Shown one piece after another: positions 59,171-64,000 of a DNA stretch of 64,000 bases; positions within the stretch are counted from its first letter, which is position 1; each line of letters begins with the position of its first letter. The DNA lies in contig OZ024741.1 of the NCBI GenBank assembly GCA_964016885.1, positions 192,386,001 to 192,450,000 of the forward strand, given 5' to 3'. The position numbers were made by a program, and so were the translations under genes. The notes beneath the pieces are model-generated. The model worked only from the letters and a program-made list of their open reading frames with translations, was not told where the DNA came from and did not search any database. Origin of the DNA: Eledone cirrhosa (lineage: Eukaryota).

Positions 59171-59225
<55 letters not shown>

Positions 59226-60338
59226 GAAAGTGAACAATACAAAATATAAACTACTCCATTACCAAAGGTTTCTGGATCACAGACGATAATAATATATACG
59301 TCTGGATCGGTCATCAGACTGAGATGTTATAGATAAAAGAGATGAAATGAGATTTAAAATCTGTTAAAAATTGGAAGTGCGGCTGGAAAACTAACGGGAA
59401 AAAAATAAAAAAATAAAAATATATAGCAATATAGAAAAAGGCATATGTGTACGTACATATACACACACACATAACACATTCAGATAAAAGGTATATATAT
59501 ATATATGTATATATATACATACATGCACACACAGATATATATATATACACAAACATACATGTACACGGACATACACATATACATACGCATATGGATAGAC
59601 ACACACACACACATACACACTTATACAGACATATACAAATACATAAACACACTCACACAAATTACAGAATAATCAAAACTATGTTCAAAACATTTTATGC
59701 TGACAATCGTTTCTTCCAAACTTTCGTTTGGATTCATCGGAGCACTAGCTAAGTTTAGACATATAATTAACCTCCTATTCCACAGAACAATCGTAAAGAT
59801 ACATAGATGTTAGTGTTGTCATTAAGAGTGTCATTTTTAAAGAGCGAAGATGATGTGGTCAGTATCAGTGGATGCGACAAAGATTATAAAAGAATAATAC
59901 AACAATTATAGAGGAATTAAAGAAAGTTACTCGCAAAACGAGGACATTAGCGGTACATATGCAAGCGTATAGAAAGAGTGCAGATGTGTTAGGCATGTAC
60001 AGAACAACCAGGTAAGAAACAAGCAATGGTACTAAGCATATATATCACAGTATGGCAAAGGTATCACATAATACAATACAGGTATAAAAGCATATTAAGC
60101 AGACAGAGATGCGTGTGTATGAAAAGCAGTTTCTATGAAGTTTATGGTGCATGCAATGTGATAATTATTCCGGTAATGTTCAAATGTGCATGTGTTGAGA
60201 GTATTAATATCAAGGTTTTCCTTTCCATTACATTGGTTATATTTTAGTAAATGTTTATCAGTAGTTACAACTATGGATTGTATTACCTATTACCATCCTA
60301 TTACCATCTTATCAAGGGTTCGAGTTGTTCTCATGTAT

Positions 60339-60418
<80 letters not shown>

Positions 60419-60781
60419 CATGCATATATACATATATATGTATATATATGGCACAGAAACACTAGTCTGCGAAAACTTACATACGCGAATACACACACAT
60501 ATATATATGAAATGATACGGAGATATCACACACATAGAGTTAAACATGAATACAATTACATACGCAAAACTGCAAATAGATATATGTGTCCAGTAGAAGT
60601 GTAACCTGCTTGGAGCATGCAAAATTACAAATAAACACACGCAGATAACCACAGACATAAAAACATAAAACACATATATACAACCGCACGCAACCACATA
60701 AATAAAAAAAAATATATATATATACACACACACATACATACACAAATACATAGATACACACATACATACATACACACATAC

Positions 60782-60851
<70 letters not shown>

Positions 60852-60860
60852 TATATATAT

Positions 60861-60981
60861 AGGAAAATGTTTAACCCCGACGGCAGAGCTCAAGCATTTT
60901 CCTATTACCAACTCTATAACCCCAAATATTGAGTACTCTGGTGCGTTATGGTCCATCTGGTTCCTTACCACACCTCCTTCG

Positions 60982-60983
<2 letters not shown>
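60861..60983. repeat. Rearranged PLE terminal fragment between (TA)n tracts
   Basis: 60895-60983 is inverted, and 60861-60895 direct, relative to 63864-63978. Confidence 0.7.
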
Positions 60984-61029
<46 letters not shown>

Positions 61030-61032
<3 letters not shown>

Positions 61033-62291
61033 CTATATGTATGGAACAGAGCATTAAAAATATATAAATATATAAATATATTTTGTTGTTGAAAGAATGT
61101 GATAGAGGCAAAGGAAAAACGAGTGCTCTATGTATAGAACAGAGCTGTAAAAATCTTTTGTTGTTGAAAGTATGTGAAAAGGCCCAATGTGTTAAAATAA
61201 TAGAGAATGTTCAGCAAAAGATGAAGTCAAAAGGTGAATAATATAAGTGGAAAATAAGTTTAAAATAAAATAAAGTAAAATAAAATAAGTGTTGAATATA
61301 TAAAGTAAGAGAGATTGTTCAAGGTAAAAGCAAGGGAAAAGACGAAATGAATAAAATAGGTGTAATATAAAATAAGGGCTTAATATAAGTATTGAAAGTG
61401 TGATAAAGGTCCATAGTGTTTAAAGTAAGAAAGAGTGTTCAATGTGTAATATATGATAAGTGTTGAATGTGTCAAAAGTAGAGAGTGTTCAAGGTGGGTA
61501 AGTGTCCAAAATAGTGTTTGATACCGAGAAAAGAGGTGAGTTCTTATATGTGGGCAAATTGTAAATATCTCAGAATTAGAGTTAAGACAGGTGTTAGAAG
61601 ATTTCAGATTCTGTAGAATTCTATATTTTTCTGTTACGCACAGGGTACACCTCCTTGTACCTTTAACATATTCTTTTGATTGGTCCAAGATAAACCAATC
61701 AATTTCATATGGGATCCCACGCTCTTTCATCTCCAACACTCTATTTGCCAGCGCCGTAGTTTTCATTTTATCCTGGTGTCGAAAGGAAGCGACGTGTGCA
61801 TAGTATCTTTTTTTAAAGGTATCCTGGGTCATGCCCACATAACGTTCTCCGGTGGAAGGTTGGTTGGTATGAGTAGGTCTTATAATTGCCTCATATACAA
61901 CGGATTTCATGTTACATTTGCCTTTCAAAGGACATTCACCTGATTTTCTGCATGAACATCCTAGGATTCTTCTGTCAGTTTTTCCAGTGGCGATTTTCGA
62001 TTTTATGGAAGGACTGCAAGAATAGCTAATAGTGACATAGTTTCTGTTAAAATTTTTGTTATATTTATGATGATGGGGGAAATGTTTATCTACTAATTTA
62101 AGGAATTATCTACCTACATTAGTTTTGAGTGCTAAAGAGAAGGGTGGTGTAAACCAGATTATTTTTATTTTCCTATTATTATGTGTAGAAGTATTAGAGA
62201 GGTTAAAATATATTTAATTTGTTCTGTGAATCCACTATTTTTAAGGGCCTTATTATAGTAAGGGGTTGCTTTATTAAATATTTCTTCAGAA
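61030..62291 (-). mobile_element. 5'-truncated Penelope-like element with an open GIY-YIG frame (61928-61380)
   Basis: IIWFTPPFS, FPHHHKYNKIFNRN, CSCRKSGECPLKGKCNMKSVVYEA...YVGMTQDTFKKRYYAH...CTLCVTEK. (TA)n on both sides. Confidence 0.88.
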
Positions 62292-62455
62292 TATATATAT
62301 ATATATATTATAAGAACAGATTAAGCAAAGAATCGCTGCTTTCACGCTTAACGGGATAAATAATCCTTATCGAGCCCTCTTCGTGTTTTAGTCTTCAAAT
62401 TTATTATTACTATATATATATATAATATAATATAATATTACTATATATATATATA

Positions 62456-62543
<88 letters not shown>

Positions 62544-63712
62544 GTGTTCGGAAATCCCTCAATGCGTTGCTGGCTGGAATTTGCAGGTTATGGATTTATT
62601 ATTAATTGATGACCAGTGGATTCCCCACGGAATTCGCAACAGTTCTGAACCGGCTTAGACGGGATTTTTGTATTCCGGTGGATTTTGTGCGCTAAACTAG
62701 GAAGATACTGGCTGTTTCAATTGATGAAATTGGGAATAATCTAAGGGTTTTATATGTTAATCTGTTGATACAATAATTATACTGTTTTCATAGCTTAGGA
62801 TTCTAGCTGGGAATGTTTTCTTACAATTGATCCTATGCGTGTGCTCCACTAGTTTCAATGCATGCATAAATATATACGATGGGCAAGTGGATGTGTGGAT
62901 ACTGTAGTGGGGTAGTGGGGGATAATGGTGGTGACAGCGATTTAGTTTAAAATTAAATACGATGAAGATTATGGGAATTATAGAATATGAGGTTATGAAG
63001 TATAGAGCTCTGGCATATAAGGGTGGTTAAATGTATAATAATTGTGATATTGGTTGTTCTGATGGGTGAATAAGCGGTGACAGGGTGTTGTTGGTGTTAA
63101 GTACATATGTGAAATATATAAGATATATGAGGTATTAATAAACTTATGGAGATATAAAGGAATTAACTAAAATAAAGATTATGGAAATATAAAGAGTATG
63201 ATATTACATATGATGGTGATAGTGGTGGTGGTTATAAGGGTTTTTATCTTTTTGCAAAGTGAATCAGAATATATGTTCAGGAGCGGAAGCAGGTGTATTC
63301 ATATCGAATTTACTACGCTTGAGCATACTTTCCATTTTTTCATTTTATACGCGTTCCTTTTTCTATGCTTGAGCATACTTTCCGTTTTGTCGTTATAACC
63401 ATCCTCACAGTCTCAATTCACCTTCTAACATAGTCTGCTATTGAAATGTTAGTTCTTGTTTGAAAGAGCCCGTGATATACAGGCGAATCTCCAGAGTAAC
63501 AAGATTCGATATTTATTTTTAATAAAATGAATATTTAAACTCTACTTTGTCACATACGGATATATATATATATATACATTTATATAGATTTTGAGTTTAT
63601 GTTGGTTGTATACCAACACCTCAGTATGCAGGCTGGAGCACTCGACGAAGTGCGCAGGTTCTATACCATGTCTATACCATGTCTATACCATGTCTATACC
63701 ATACTAATTCAA

Positions 63713-63767
63713 ACTGCCTGAAGAGGTCACAGCCAAAGATGGCTGTCACTGAAATATATATAGCAGT
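63713..63767 (+). ncRNA. Type I hammerhead ribozyme
   Basis: ACTGC-CTGAAGA-GGTCACAGCCA-AAGA-TGGCTGTCACT-GAAA-TATATA-TA^GCAGT-AATAAA. Upstream 63597-63658 resembles 133-187 of the first PLE. Confidence 0.8.
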
Positions 63768-63820
63768 AATAAACGAAGCTAAATTTTAATCATTTGACTT
63801 TTATTTAACTTTATTTTATA

Positions 63821-63863
<43 letters not shown>

Positions 63864-63865
<2 letters not shown>

Positions 63866-64000
63866 CGAAGGAAGTGTGGTAAGGAACCAGATGGACCATA
63901 ACGCACCAGAATACTCAATACTTAGGGTAGTAGAGAGGGTAATAGGAAAATGTTTAACCCCGACAGCAGAGCTCAAGCCGTTTCGACGGCTATTTCCACC
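63864..64000 (-). mobile_element. PLE terminus with the 3' half of a hammerhead (runs off the window)
   Basis: GAAACGGC-TTGAGCTCT-GCTGTC^GGGG, then ~95 nt to (TA)n. Related to 56051-56100. Confidence 0.6.

Overview
AT-rich, microsatellite-dense eukaryotic DNA, probably cephalopod/octopus (inferred from the SINE and microsatellite style). It is almost entirely transposon-derived. Contents: (i) three in-phase exons of a minus-strand host gene running into a C2-like domain (23027-22863, 14984-14845, 10832-10668); (ii) four decayed Penelope-like elements (RT + GIY-YIG, Naiad-like motifs); (iii) a near full-length L1/Tx1-type LINE in a (TTA)n tract; (iv) R4-like RT+RLE copies, each coupled to a structured ~600 bp module bounded by (TATG)n; (v) RTE/CR1 remnants, about 18 copies of one tRNA-type SINE, MITEs and a Helitron nested in a Helitron. 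The most striking unannotated signal is a dense set of more than a dozen type I hammerhead ribozyme (HHR) motifs from unrelated non-coding families, mostly beside (TA)n. They include a 545-bp retrozyme-like tandem unit, a homologous pair with a replaced stem II, a U3-A8 compensatory core variant, and a perfect palindrome with an HHR on both strands. All calls are by eye, with no database searches. Most short ORFs in the track are microsatellite or antisense artefacts.
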